In this document: positions 36,930-47,454 of the stretch, piece after piece
How positions within the stretch are numbered: the first letter of the stretch is position 1
Layout: each line of letters opens with the position of its first letter
NCBI RefSeq assembly: GCF_048059015.1
Contig: NZ_JBLLNT010000005.1
Coordinates: forward strand, 172,034-236,033
DNA from: Thalassospira sp.
GTDB taxonomy: Bacteria; Pseudomonadota; Alphaproteobacteria; Rhodospirillales; Thalassospiraceae
Direction: 5' to 3'
DNA length: 64,000 nucleotides
Program-made: the position numbers and the translations under genes
The notes under the pieces: model-generated
Seen by the model: only the letters and a program-made list of their open reading frames with translations
Databases searched by the model: none
What the model was told of the DNA's origin: nothing

Positions 36930-37781
36930 ATGAGTCTGACTGTTTTTCTTGCCGTTATGGGTGCTGCCCTGATGCATGCCGTTTGGAATGCATTGGTCAA
37001 GGGTGGTGCTGACAAGCTTGTGAATATGACGGCGATTGTGCTGGGTCATATTCCGATTGTTTTGATCTTGCTTCCGTTTGTCGATATTCCAGCCAAGGAA
37101 AGCTGGCTGTATCTGATCGGCTCCATCGGACTTCATATCGGCTATCAGTTGTTTTTGATCCTGGCCTATCGGCTTGGGGATCTAAGTCAGGTTTATCCGA
37201 TTGCGCGCGGGTCATCGCCGCTGATCGTGGCAGCAGTATCCGTCCTTGTTCTCGGCGTGACACTCCATGTCAGCGAATGGCTTGCGATTGTTGTCATCGG
37301 ACTTGGCATTTTAAGCATGTGCATTGTCCGCCAAGCCGATGGCATGCGAAACCGCAATGCGGCGATTGCCGCCATCGTGACCGGGTGCTTTATCAGCAGT
37401 TACTCGCTAGTCGATGGCACGGGCGCGCGGTTGGCTGGCAACGCGCTTGATTACTATACCTATCAGACCATCGGTGATGTGGCGATCTTTGGGATCATCG
37501 CAAGCTTCATGCGCCCTGGCATTGTTGTTGCCATCGCCAAGCGCGCAAAAAAGGTCTTCTTCATTGGTGGCACCGCATCCTTTGTCGCCTACGCGACCGT
37601 GATGTGGGCCTTTACCCAGGCACCGATCCCGCTTGTTGTCGCCCTGCGTGAAACCGGGATTGTCTTTGCCCTTCTGATTGGTGTGTTTTTCATGGGCGAG
37701 AAGCTGAACCTTGTGAAGGTTTCATCGACCATGATGACGCTGGGCGGTGCCATCATCCTGCGTCTAAGTCGCCATATCTGA
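36930..37781 (+). CDS. DMT/EamA-family transporter
   Basis: AALMHAVWNALVK, GDLSQVYPIARG, ALRETG. Confidence 0.9.
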   Translation: MSLTVFLAVMGAALMHAVWNALVKGGADKLVNMTAIVLGHIPIVLILLPFVDIPAKESWLYLIGSIGLHIGYQLFLILAYRLGDLSQVYPIARGSSPLIVAAVSVLVLGVTLHVSEWLAIVVIGLGILSMCIVRQADGMRNRNAAIAAIVTGCFISSYSLVDGTGARLAGNALDYYTYQTIGDVAIFGIIASFMRPGIVVAIAKRAKKVFFIGGTASFVAYATVMWAFTQAPIPLVVALRETGIVFALLIGVFFMGEKLNLVKVSSTMMTLGGAIILRLSRHI

Positions 37782-37927
37782 GCGCTCACCTCGGCCGATC
37801 CCAAAATGAAAGAGCCGACAGCAAATAAATGCTGCCGGCTCTTCAAGCTCTGTGATCCCAAGTTGGGAGACCGGGGATCAAGAACCCTAAGTGCCAATCG
37901 GAAAACGCCTATCCGACTGACGATTTA

Positions 37928-37945
37928 GCAATGTTATAACATTAC
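37928..37945. promoter_or_regulatory. Zur-type palindrome in a convergent intergenic region
   Basis: GCAATGTTATAACATTAC with perfect 14-bp core AATGTTATAACATT. Confidence 0.45.
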
Positions 37946-38031
37946 ATCTTATTAGCAACCGAAAAATGCACGACGGATGCCAAAGCCCTGCCCCGACATC
38001 CGGTTGATGGTTTTGATGATTGCCCGATGTT

Positions 38032-39345
38032 CTAAACGCGGGTGCGTGGTCGGCGGCGTGTACCATCTTCAAAGCGTGAAAGTTCCATCCCTGCCAAGGT
38101 AACGGATGGCTGGCCGGTCGTGATCCAGTCTGCCAGCACCTTTCCAACAACCGGCCCCATTGCAAAGCCATGCCCGGAAAAGCCGGTGGCGACAAAGAAG
38201 TGTTTGGGATTATCAAACTGATCAATCACCGGAACCGCATCCGGGGTGACATCAATATCGCCTGCCCAACGATCCACCACGCTGACATTTTTGATCTGTG
38301 GCAGGACTTTTTGCAGGTTCCGCATCGCATTACTGACCCGCACATCATAAGGCTGCGCCTGATTGGTGCGCCGTCCGATCATGGGGTTCTTGGCGGCATC
38401 CGATCCGGGCATGCGATCGACCAGATCATCAATGAACCGCTTGTTAAAGTGGAACTTGAAGGTCGCCCAGTTATCAAACAGTCCGGGACCAAAATCGCTG
38501 GCATATTTAAACCGGCCCAAGGTCAGGTCGATATCGGTCATGAATTCGTCAGCAATGTTCATCGAACCGTCTTTTCTCTGACGAAATGCAAGACCCGCGG
38601 CAAGCGTCCCGGCGGCAGAAACATCCGGGACCGGTGATGTGCGGATCACGGTGCCGCGCGTGGTTTGTTGCGGCAGACGGCGGCCAAATTTGGCAACGAA
38701 TTTATGGGTGGCGGCACCCGCCGCACAGATCACGTATTTGCATTTGATCTCGCCCTGTTCCGACACGACCGAGCTGATGGCACCGCCGGTCGTTTCAATT
38801 GAAAGCGCACCGCAGCCTTCGGCAATGACAGCGCCCAGTTCCGACGCGCGCTTGGCAATGGCAGGGGCTGCTTTTTTTGGTTCGGCCTGCCCGTCTGATG
38901 GGGTGTAAATACCACCGACACCCGGTGTTGTGATGCCCGGTGTCAGACGTTCCACACCCTTGGGATCAAGAACCTGCGTTTCGATGTCAAAGCCCTTGGC
39001 GTCATCGATCCATTGTTCGAATTCCGACATTTCCTGATCATCACGCGCAACAAACAAGACCCCGCCCTGCCGCCATTCAAGATCAGCGTTCAGTTCCTTT
39101 TCCAGCCCCTGCCAGATGCGATTGCATTCAATCATCAAAGGCAGTTCAACAGGATCGCGTCCCTGTTGACGCACAAAGCCCCAAGCACGCCCTGATTGGT
39201 GTGATGCAATGGTGTCCTTTTCCAAAAGGACGACCTTCATTCCGGCCTTGGTCAGGTAATAGGCGCTTGAGGCACCATGAATGCCGCCGCCGATAACAAC
39301 GACGTCGCATTCCTTTGGCAGGGTGATTTTGGGGTAATTCGTCAT
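38032..39345 (-). CDS. FAD-dependent oxidoreductase (DAO/DadA family)
   Basis: VIGGGIHG, QSGRAWG, GFSGHGFAMGP. Confidence 0.9.
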   Translation of the reverse strand: MTNYPKITLPKECDVVVIGGGIHGASSAYYLTKAGMKVVLLEKDTIASHQSGRAWGFVRQQGRDPVELPLMIECNRIWQGLEKELNADLEWRQGGVLFVARDDQEMSEFEQWIDDAKGFDIETQVLDPKGVERLTPGITTPGVGGIYTPSDGQAEPKKAAPAIAKRASELGAVIAEGCGALSIETTGGAISSVVSEQGEIKCKYVICAAGAATHKFVAKFGRRLPQQTTRGTVIRTSPVPDVSAAGTLAAGLAFRQRKDGSMNIADEFMTDIDLTLGRFKYASDFGPGLFDNWATFKFHFNKRFIDDLVDRMPGSDAAKNPMIGRRTNQAQPYDVRVSNAMRNLQKVLPQIKNVSVVDRWAGDIDVTPDAVPVIDQFDNPKHFFVATGFSGHGFAMGPVVGKVLADWITTGQPSVTLAGMELSRFEDGTRRRPRTRV

Positions 39346-39459
39346 GTGGGGACCTTGTATTCCGGGCATTCAGGTGCTTATACGGATTTCAGTTTGGTGT
39401 GTGGCACCAACCAAGTTATGGTGCGCGGCAACAAATCACAACAAAATCAGGTAGCCACC

Positions 39460-40614
39460 ATGTCTGATCACGCAAAGAAACAATCCCCTGCCACCATCAC
39501 CGCACAGGCCCTTGGCTGGGTTGATGAGGCAACCAAATCGGTCACCCCGCCGCTTTATCCGTCAACCACGTTCGAACGTAATACGGATCTGAGCTATCAC
39601 GACGGGCGTTGCTACACGCGCGCTGATAACCCGACCTATGATCAGGCGTGCGAGGTTCTCAGCACCCTTGAAGGCGGCAGCGAAACCCGTCTGTTCGCAT
39701 CAGGCATGGCAGCAGCCGTTGCCGTCATCCATGCGCTCAGCCCCGGTGATCATGTCGTCGCGCCAAAAGTTATGTATTGGGCGCTTCGCAGCTTCATGCT
39801 TGATAGCGGTGTGCGTGCAGGTCTTAGCTTTGATTTCGTCGACAATGCCGACATTGCCGAGTGGGAAAAACACATCATTCCGGGCAAAACCAAGATGGTC
39901 TGGCTTGAAACCCCGGCCAACCCGGATTGGCAGATTACCGATATCGCGGCCGTTGCTGAAATCGCGCGTGCGGCTGGCGCGCAGGTCGTGGTTGATAACA
40001 CGGTTGCAACCCCGCTCCTGACCCGCCCGATTGAACTGGGTGCGGATATCGTCATGCATTCGGCTACCAAATATCTGAACGGCCATAGCGACGTTTTGGC
40101 GGGTTCGCTGACCACTGCAAAGGATAGCGAGTTCTGGCAGCGCGTTTGCAAACAGCACGCATCAGGTGGTGCTGTGCTGGGTGTGTTTGAAACATGGCTT
40201 TTGCTGCGCGGGATGCGTACCCTTTCGATCCGGGTTGAGCGTGCAAGTGCCAATGCCATGGCCATTGCCAAACATTTCGAGAACCACCCGGAAATCGAAC
40301 AGGTCCAGTATCCCGGCCTTGAAAGCCATGCGGGTCACGAGATTGCCAAAAAGCAGATGCAGGGTGGCTTTGGCGGGATGCTGTCGCTTCGCGTCAAAGG
40401 CGGTGAAAAGCGCGCGGTCGATTTCCACAACCAGTGCAAATTGTTCAAGCGCGCAACATCCCTTGGCGGTGTAGAAAGCCTGATCGAACATCGATCATCT
40501 GTTGAAGGTCCGACAAGCCCGGTACCGGGTGATTTGCTGCGCCTATCCGTCGGGATCGAAGACGCCAATGATCTCGTTAACGACCTGGAAACAGCACTGC
40601 GGTTAAGCAAGTAA
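39460..40614 (+). CDS. PLP-dependent trans-sulfuration enzyme (cystathionine gamma-synthase/lyase family)
   Basis: YTRADNPT, FASGMAA, HSATKYLNGHSD, ATSLGGVESL. Confidence 0.9.
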   Translation: MSDHAKKQSPATITAQALGWVDEATKSVTPPLYPSTTFERNTDLSYHDGRCYTRADNPTYDQACEVLSTLEGGSETRLFASGMAAAVAVIHALSPGDHVVAPKVMYWALRSFMLDSGVRAGLSFDFVDNADIAEWEKHIIPGKTKMVWLETPANPDWQITDIAAVAEIARAAGAQVVVDNTVATPLLTRPIELGADIVMHSATKYLNGHSDVLAGSLTTAKDSEFWQRVCKQHASGGAVLGVFETWLLLRGMRTLSIRVERASANAMAIAKHFENHPEIEQVQYPGLESHAGHEIAKKQMQGGFGGMLSLRVKGGEKRAVDFHNQCKLFKRATSLGGVESLIEHRSSVEGPTSPVPGDLLRLSVGIEDANDLVNDLETALRLSK

Positions 40615-40649
40615 CATAGGATTACTTTCAACCCGGAATTTGACGATCG

Positions 40650-41690
40650 ATGCCAAAGCATCCATTTCATAGGTTCTCTTCGCGCAGCACATCATTGCGC
40701 ACCTGTGTTCTGGCTTTGGCATCGACTGTTTTTACAGCAAACCTTCCGATGCCGTCATCGGCACAAGACACCGGCACGACCATCAAACCCGTTTTGGATG
40801 TGAACACCCTGCCCCCGGCACCTGGTCTGATTTTTGATCTTCGGGCGGGTGAATACATCATGTTTGATGAAATGGTCAGAAGGCTTGCGGATCGGAAATA
40901 TGTTCTGATCGGTGAAAAGCACGACAATCCCATCCATCATCACCATCAGGCCCAACTTGTTGATGCGCTGACCAATCGGGACGGTCGCAATCGTGCCGTT
41001 GTGTGGGAAATGTTTACCCGCGACCAGCAAGTCACCCTTGATCAAAACTGGATTGATGTTCCCCTATCCGATCTTGGACCGGCATTGGCATGGGAAGATC
41101 GCGGCTGGCCGTCTTGGCATGACTATGCCCCGATTGCGCAGGCCGCCAAGGACAATGATCTTTTGATGATTGCAGGCAACTTGCCCGATGATTTGTTGCG
41201 CCCCCTGATTTCGAATGGCGTCGCTGCCCTTCCTGATGATCTGGCGCAACAGTTGGCCCTGCCGGACATTCCGCAAGACATGCTTGATCAGTTCAATGTT
41301 GAGATTGCCGAAGGTCACTGCAACATGCTGCCGCAAAGCATGTTGCCTGCCTTTTCCATGGTGCAGTTTGCCCGCGATGCGTCATTGGCCAGTGCCATGA
41401 CCGAAGCTGCTGACGGCAACGATAATGATGGCGCGTTTCTGATTGCCGGCAACATGCATGTACGCACGACCATCGCCGTGCCGTGGCATTTGCGCCGCTT
41501 TGATGCCGCGTTGAATGCAGAAGACATTGCCGTTGTCAGCATGATCGAAGCCGATGACCCAAGCGATAACCCGCCAAGCGTTGATGATTACGCCAACCGA
41601 TATGGCAACCGCGATGATATTGACTTCATGTGGTTTACCAACGACATCGCACGTGGCGATCCCTGCACGGATTTGACTTTCGGACAATAA
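40650..41690 (+). CDS. ChaN-family secreted protein
   Basis: Signal peptide, LIGEKHDNPIHH, WEMF, QFARD, IAGNMH. Confidence 0.8.
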   Translation: MPKHPFHRFSSRSTSLRTCVLALASTVFTANLPMPSSAQDTGTTIKPVLDVNTLPPAPGLIFDLRAGEYIMFDEMVRRLADRKYVLIGEKHDNPIHHHHQAQLVDALTNRDGRNRAVVWEMFTRDQQVTLDQNWIDVPLSDLGPALAWEDRGWPSWHDYAPIAQAAKDNDLLMIAGNLPDDLLRPLISNGVAALPDDLAQQLALPDIPQDMLDQFNVEIAEGHCNMLPQSMLPAFSMVQFARDASLASAMTEAADGNDNDGAFLIAGNMHVRTTIAVPWHLRRFDAALNAEDIAVVSMIEADDPSDNPPSVDDYANRYGNRDDIDFMWFTNDIARGDPCTDLTFGQ

Positions 41691-41723
41691 GCCCGACTAT
41701 CCAACCCCTTGAAAATGGCGGGC

Positions 41724-42266
41724 TTACTTGATGCGGCGTGGCAGCCAGTCGGTGGTCGCAACCGGCTTGCCCTTGTGCGAGCGCATGACGCGCGGGCGGA
41801 CAACTTCCTTGGCTTCTGGTGTTGTCGCACTTTTGCGGACAGACGCATAAAACTCGACCAGTTCGGTGAACGGAATGATCGTCCCGATACCTTCCTTATA
41901 GGCCTTGGTAAATGGCGGATGGTTGCGCACGGTCATGCTGAGATGCTCGACCGTGTGATGGCCAAACTGCGACCAGATGCTTTCAAGGAAATGGGCGGTC
42001 TTTGGATCAATCGGTTTTAGGCGGACGTCAGGACGGCATTCTTCCATCACCGCATAAAGGTTTGGTTCAACCGGCCCGAATTCCTCGGCAACGAAGATGG
42101 CGGGCATCAGCATATTACCGTGATAATTGGCACCGTAATATGCCTGCGCCAGATACAACAAGCGGTGCAGCTTTTGCGGCTGTAGATATTCGTTATCATT
42201 CAGGGCAAGGTCGATCATCCTGAATGCGGCTTCGAATACCGTGTGTAGAACCGGCTTGTTCTTCAT
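41724..42266 (-). CDS. Panacea (DUF4065/SocA/GepA) domain protein
   Basis: QKLHRLLYLAQ, FVAEEFGPVEPNLY, LSMTVRNHPP fit the family pattern (KLQKLLY, AW-x-GPV, L-x3-TH). Confidence 0.7.
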   Translation of the reverse strand: MKNKPVLHTVFEAAFRMIDLALNDNEYLQPQKLHRLLYLAQAYYGANYHGNMLMPAIFVAEEFGPVEPNLYAVMEECRPDVRLKPIDPKTAHFLESIWSQFGHHTVEHLSMTVRNHPPFTKAYKEGIGTIIPFTELVEFYASVRKSATTPEAKEVVRPRVMRSHKGKPVATTDWLPRRIK

Positions 42267-42368
42267 TGCTGGGTCCGATGGTCTGATATTTTAGCGATCC
42301 GTAATCATACGGGCTCAGCCCGATGACAACAAGCATCGGCACTAAGGATTTCACGAAATGTGGAGATA

Positions 42369-42815
42369 TTAGACCGTCGCGTCAAGCTGCGTGCCGCGGA
42401 TGCCAAAGCCATGTGCGACGGCATTGACTACCGCGTAAAACGACGTTCCGCTGTTGCTTGAAAGATCAAACGGGATTGAAGGATCAAGCATCTTGGCAAA
42501 TTCGCCGTCGCCCTGAACCTCAACCGCACCTTCGCGATCACTTGATCGGCGCGCGGCCGACAGGTTGCGTTGTTCGGTACGCTGATCTTTTTGTTCGCCG
42601 GGATTGCCATTTCCAGACTGGCGCTGATTTTTGCCATCGATATAGGCATTAAACAGAATGCCGTCATCGTCAGGATCATATGTGTAATGCTGCGAGGAAG
42701 CTTCGACCTGGTTGTTGCGGTCAACCGTCGCCACACCGCGCGCACCCGCAGCCGCAAGCCGGCCATACTGGCTGACCTGTGAAACTGTCTGAGTGGTTTG
42801 GACCGGTGTGATCAT
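42369..42815 (-). CDS. Hypothetical low-complexity protein
   Basis: 148-aa ORF preceded by GAGGA; no motif recognised. Confidence 0.55.
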   Translation of the reverse strand: MITPVQTTQTVSQVSQYGRLAAAGARGVATVDRNNQVEASSQHYTYDPDDDGILFNAYIDGKNQRQSGNGNPGEQKDQRTEQRNLSAARRSSDREGAVEVQGDGEFAKMLDPSIPFDLSSNSGTSFYAVVNAVAHGFGIRGTQLDATV

Positions 42816-42930
42816 TTTCCTCTGCCTTGCCGGAATGCGGCAATCGATGAAACCTAATTCAACTCATGCATTATACATTAATATTGCGGAAAATGGCAAG
42901 AAAATCGCAAAATCGCAGGGATCGCAGCGA

Positions 42931-43458
42931 TTAGTCGCCTTCGAACTCGACCAAATGGAACTCATCCACGCCACGATCGCGAATTTTCCTGGCTCCGCCC
43001 AGATCTGGAAGATCAATGATAAAGGCGCAACCAGCGACCTCTGCACCGACCTTTTCAATCAGATCAATTGCGGCCAATGCCGTACCGCCCGTTGCAATCA
43101 GATCATCCATGATCAGAACGCGGCTGCCCGGTTTGACTGCATCCTTGTGAATTTCAATCACGTCCGAGCCGTATTCAAGCTCATATTCCACGCCGATGGT
43201 CTCGGCAGGCAACTTGCCCTGTTTGCGGATGGTGACAAAACCAACACCAAGCGCAAGTGCGACAGCCGGGCCGATGATAAAGCCACGGGCTTCGATCCCG
43301 GCGATCATATCGATTTTCTTGTCCTGAAACTCGGCAGCAAAGGCGTCGATCACTTCGCGAAGGCCTTCGGCATCCTCGAACAGGGTCGTGATATCCCGGA
43401 ACATGATACCCTTTTTCGGGTAGTCGGGAATGGTACGGATCAACGACTTAATCGACAT
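42931..43458 (-). CDS. apt: Adenine phosphoribosyltransferase
   Basis: IPDYPKKGIMFRDITTL, EARGF, MDDLIATGGT. Confidence 0.96.
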   Translation of the reverse strand: MSIKSLIRTIPDYPKKGIMFRDITTLFEDAEGLREVIDAFAAEFQDKKIDMIAGIEARGFIIGPAVALALGVGFVTIRKQGKLPAETIGVEYELEYGSDVIEIHKDAVKPGSRVLIMDDLIATGGTALAAIDLIEKVGAEVAGCAFIIDLPDLGGARKIRDRGVDEFHLVEFEGD

Positions 43459-43616
43459 GGGATACTCCGGCCAGATGTCAGGTTCAGAACGCGCACGTAC
43501 CAATATCCGCAAACATCACGGTTTGGTCACGTACGGCGACACTTGATGCCTGAAACCGTCCGGAATGGCAAGGCAGATCACGAAAACCTGCCCTGTCGTC
43601 TGATATCGTTTTGAGG

Positions 43617-43859
43617 TCAGGCCGCGTGCAACGTGGTGCCGCGAACGATGGCCTGTGGTGCCGGTTTGGACGTGGCAACGAAATCATTTGCCAGCTTCTT
43701 GCTGATTTCGGCGCGCGTACCACGCGACAGGCCTGTTTGGGCTGCCTGTCGGTTACCCCAGACAGCGCGGTACAGGCGATAATCATGGTCATTGATCTGA
43801 CCGAATACTTTTTCGACTTCCATTAGAGTTTGGACATAACTCTTTTTCATGTCAGCCAT
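43617..43859 (-). CDS. Small hypothetical protein
   Basis: 80-aa ORF with host-like codon usage; no motif recognised. Confidence 0.5.
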   Translation of the reverse strand: MADMKKSYVQTLMEVEKVFGQINDHDYRLYRAVWGNRQAAQTGLSRGTRAEISKKLANDFVATSKPAPQAIVRGTTLHAA

Positions 43860-44192
43860 CCTGTTGCTCGTATGATTTTCGGCAGCTTTTCCGCCGAAGT
43901 GCGCCACACCATTTTGTCGACGCGTCGTTCACAGCAGCCATATAGTCCGAACTTCATGGCCTCTCAACTGCAGCACGGTGACAAGATCGGGAAGATTTTG
44001 TGACAGATTGCCCAATTCGCCTGATGCCAGAGAATTAGCCTCTGCTGACATTAGAAGATTTCTGCCAAGTTTTGCGGCGTTCCCAATAGAAAACGGCCTG
44101 CCCTCCGATTTGGAAAGCAGGCCTCGATCTTATTTCTGTGTTCGGAAACAGCGCGCTGAATTTGCAGCGATTTTGCCTATATCAACCGGGGA

Positions 44193-44459
44193 TCAATTCA
44201 GCTTCTTGGCAGCTTCCGCCTGTTTGGCTTCTTCGTCGATCTGCTTTTGCAGCGCATCGCCGTACTCGCCGTAAATCCGCCCTTCGAGCGAGAGTTCGAG
44301 AAAGCGAACATAGTCGGTCGGATCGGTGATTTTGCGGCGGGCAACCTCGATCACTTCAAACGGGCTGGCGGCATCAAGATCATACTTGCGGATCAAGCCC
44401 AGCATCTCAGCGGTGATCTGATCAAGTTTCTTGCGCGTGTCGCTATAGGAAAGCGTCAT
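44193..44459 (-). CDS. Small helical hypothetical protein
   Basis: [19 protein letters not shown]...; strongly host-like codon usage; preceded by AGGA. Confidence 0.7.
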   Translation of the reverse strand: MTLSYSDTRKKLDQITAEMLGLIRKYDLDAASPFEVIEVARRKITDPTDYVRFLELSLEGRIYGEYGDALQKQIDEEAKQAEAAKKLN

Positions 44460-44696
44460 CTGACCGTCCTGTCGTTCAACTGTTTTTTCTGGCGAATACA
44501 ATTTCTGGCGCGGTTATGCCTGTTTGCGGCATTACTGACAAGTCCTAGCCGGGATTGCGCCGTTCCCTATACCAATGTTCCCGTGTCGCTTGAGCCATAT
44601 CAAGGCAGCGATATTTCGATCAGGCATGGTGTCCTATTCGTGACAACACTGATCGGCCCGGGCATGCGGGCTTCAATCGGCGACCGGGGAACAAAA

Positions 44697-46409
44697 ATGG
44701 GTATTCTGTCTGCCTTCAACGCCATGAGCATTCGCAAACGTTTTATGTGGGCGTCCGCGTTTGGCGTTTCATCGACCGTGATCATCGCCCTTTTGATGAT
44801 GACCTTCGTTGAAGAGAAAGCAATGGATGCGAAGCTCCATCAGCTTAGTGAAAACGAACTGACATCCTTGCATGCCCTGATCGTTAATGTGATGGCAGCC
44901 CGGCCCGATGATGTCGATGATATCGGCATCAATGTGTTCAATAACTGGTTTGACAGCCGCAATGCCGACTACCCGGGCGAGCTTTGGTCTGTATGGGGCC
45001 CTACCACCACCGCCTATATGAAGGAATATGGTGACAAGCCGATCAAGACCCCGCGTGACGATATCGATCTCGAAGCGATTGAAACCGGACAGATGATTGG
45101 CCGTTATACGGAAAACGGCACCTATCGCCTGTCGATGCCGATTGTCTTGGGCGAAACCAAGGGCGCAGAAGCGGAAGTTTGCTTTAGCTGCCATGGCGCG
45201 ATGAACGCCCAAAAAGGCGACGTGATTGCCGTTCTGTCCTCAAGCCTTTCGGTTGCACCGGAACAGGCCAAAACCAATCGCATTCTTCTTGGCATTCTGA
45301 TCGGGGGGCTGGCGATTGCGATTGCCACCATCATTGGCATGCGCGTGCTGTTGTCGCGGATTGTCACCGGTCCGCTGACCGATCTTGGCCGGGATATGAC
45401 GGCCCTTGCCGACGGGAATACGGATTTTGACATCAATGCCCTGTCGCGCCGTGATGAAATTGGCGAGATGGCGAAATCGGTTGATGTCTTCCGCACCAAT
45501 GCGATTGCCAAAAAGCGCATGGAAGCCGAGCAACAGGCCGAAAGCCGCCGCCGCGAAGAACGCATGCAAAACCTTGAACGTCACATTGACGGGTTTGAAG
45601 GCGTGATCGCCAAGATCGTGACCGCCGTTTCCGGATCGGCAGATCGCATGCAGAGCACGGCACGTGGATTGGTGGACTCAGCAGACCGCGCAAGCAAAAG
45701 TGCAACCACCGTTGCCGCCGCATCCGAACAGGCAACGGTTAATGTCAGAACCGTTGCCGATGCAGCAGATCACTTGTCAGCATCAATTTCCCAGATCGGC
45801 GAGCAAGCACAACAATCCACCCAGATTGCCGCAGAAGCATCACGCGAAGCAGCCCAGTCTTCGGAAACGGTCGAAGGCCTGTCTGAGGTCGCCAATCGCA
45901 TTGGCGAGATTGTCGAGCTGATCAGTGACATTGCCGGTCAAACAAACCTTCTGGCCCTTAACGCAACGATTGAAGCCGCACGCGCAGGCGAAGCTGGCAA
46001 AGGCTTTGCCGTGGTCGCGGCAGAGGTCAAAAACCTTGCCAACCAGACAGCGCGCGCAACCAGCGAGATTTCAGATCAGATTGCAGCCATTCAGGAAGAA
46101 ACCGGCAAGACGGTGACATCCATCGGTGACATTTCAGCCGTGATTTCACGGATCACGGATATGGCCAATACCATCTCAACTGCGGTTGGTGAGCAGTCCG
46201 AAGCAACCAACGAAATCGCCCAGAATGTCGAACAGGCAGCAATTGGCACGCAGGAAGTCAGCAGTAATATCGAACGGGTAAGCAATACCGTGGCCGATAC
46301 CGATCAGGCCGCCCATCTTGTGTTGGATGTTGCAGAAGAACTTGGTGCGCTATCGAACGATTTGCGCAAGCAGGTTGATAACTTCCTTGCTGATATTCGA
46401 AGGGCCTAA
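44697..46409 (+). CDS. Methyl-accepting chemotaxis protein with periplasmic CxxCH
   Basis: TM1, CFSCH, TM2, [31 protein letters not shown]. Confidence 0.93.
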   Translation: MGILSAFNAMSIRKRFMWASAFGVSSTVIIALLMMTFVEEKAMDAKLHQLSENELTSLHALIVNVMAARPDDVDDIGINVFNNWFDSRNADYPGELWSVWGPTTTAYMKEYGDKPIKTPRDDIDLEAIETGQMIGRYTENGTYRLSMPIVLGETKGAEAEVCFSCHGAMNAQKGDVIAVLSSSLSVAPEQAKTNRILLGILIGGLAIAIATIIGMRVLLSRIVTGPLTDLGRDMTALADGNTDFDINALSRRDEIGEMAKSVDVFRTNAIAKKRMEAEQQAESRRREERMQNLERHIDGFEGVIAKIVTAVSGSADRMQSTARGLVDSADRASKSATTVAAASEQATVNVRTVADAADHLSASISQIGEQAQQSTQIAAEASREAAQSSETVEGLSEVANRIGEIVELISDIAGQTNLLALNATIEAARAGEAGKGFAVVAAEVKNLANQTARATSEISDQIAAIQEETGKTVTSIGDISAVISRITDMANTISTAVGEQSEATNEIAQNVEQAAIGTQEVSSNIERVSNTVADTDQAAHLVLDVAEELGALSNDLRKQVDNFLADIRRA

Positions 46410-46511
46410 GCACTCAATCAAATAGCCTTTTTTGCCGGCGACATCACAACCTGGATGGTTGTTTTGTCGCCGGACTTGTATTTGCCCCAAGGCAGGCAAA
46501 AATGATGAAAG

Positions 46512-47342
46512 ATGCAGTATGTTGCTTTTTCATATGCCCGCATTTCGCGACAGATCACAGGCCTTGCAATCACGGTTCTGATTGCAACACTGATCACGCT
46601 TATCCATCCAACGCCTTTGCACGCGCAATCTGAAGATGCCCGTACAAGCTGCGATCAGCTTATTGTTTCGGGGCACACCGGCTACCCGCCCTTTAACTTC
46701 ACCGATAATGGCGTTTTTCGTGGTGCCGCTATTGATCTTATTCGGATGATTGCCCGCGACATTGGCATCCATGTTGAAATCCGCAATGTCGGCCCGTGGA
46801 TCCGTGCTGTCAAAAACCTGACTGACGGTGATATCGATCTTTTGGTTGCGATCTATCACACGCCTGAACGCGAAGAAGATTACGTCTATAGCGATCCATA
46901 TGCCGAAGACCCGATTGTCATGTTTACCATGGCGAAAACGGAGTTCCCCTTTAACGACTGGTACGATCTTGTTGGGAAAGTTGGCGTCACCACGCGTGGC
47001 GACAGTTGGGGATCGGATTTTGACCGGTTTATAGAACAATACCTAACCATGATGCGGGTCAATACGACCGATCAAATGATCGACATGATCGCCCAGGACC
47101 GCGCCAATTATGGCGTACAGGGGCTTTACACGCTGGAACGTTCCAAACGGCGGATCGACTTTGCCAATGACATCAGCATATCAAGCACGCCGATCAAGTC
47201 CGAGAACATGTATATGGCCATATCGCGCAAGTCGCCCTGTCGCACTCTGATTGACCAAATCAATCAGGAAATCGCCCGTCACAAGGACGCTGGCACCATT
47301 GATAAGCTGGTTGCGATTTACGTCCGGCCAGACGGGTCTTAG
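46512..47342 (+). CDS. Family-3 periplasmic substrate-binding protein
   Basis: Signal peptide, YPPFNF, PWIRA, MYMAISRKS. Confidence 0.82.
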   Translation: MQYVAFSYARISRQITGLAITVLIATLITLIHPTPLHAQSEDARTSCDQLIVSGHTGYPPFNFTDNGVFRGAAIDLIRMIARDIGIHVEIRNVGPWIRAVKNLTDGDIDLLVAIYHTPEREEDYVYSDPYAEDPIVMFTMAKTEFPFNDWYDLVGKVGVTTRGDSWGSDFDRFIEQYLTMMRVNTTDQMIDMIAQDRANYGVQGLYTLERSKRRIDFANDISISSTPIKSENMYMAISRKSPCRTLIDQINQEIARHKDAGTIDKLVAIYVRPDGS

Positions 47343-47454
47343 AATGGTTCCAGATTTTGACCAACAAGCTCGTTCGTTTTGCCTGACTAAAACCCGCTGA
47401 CTTGTACTTGCCTTCAATCTTGCAATTGCTGCGGGTTCGACAAAGATACAGATT

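Noticed and set aside
44247-44696. 150-aa N-terminal extension of the MCP in the ORF track
   Set aside because: It overlaps a real opposite-strand gene; ATG 44697 directly precedes TM1 and follows GGGGA
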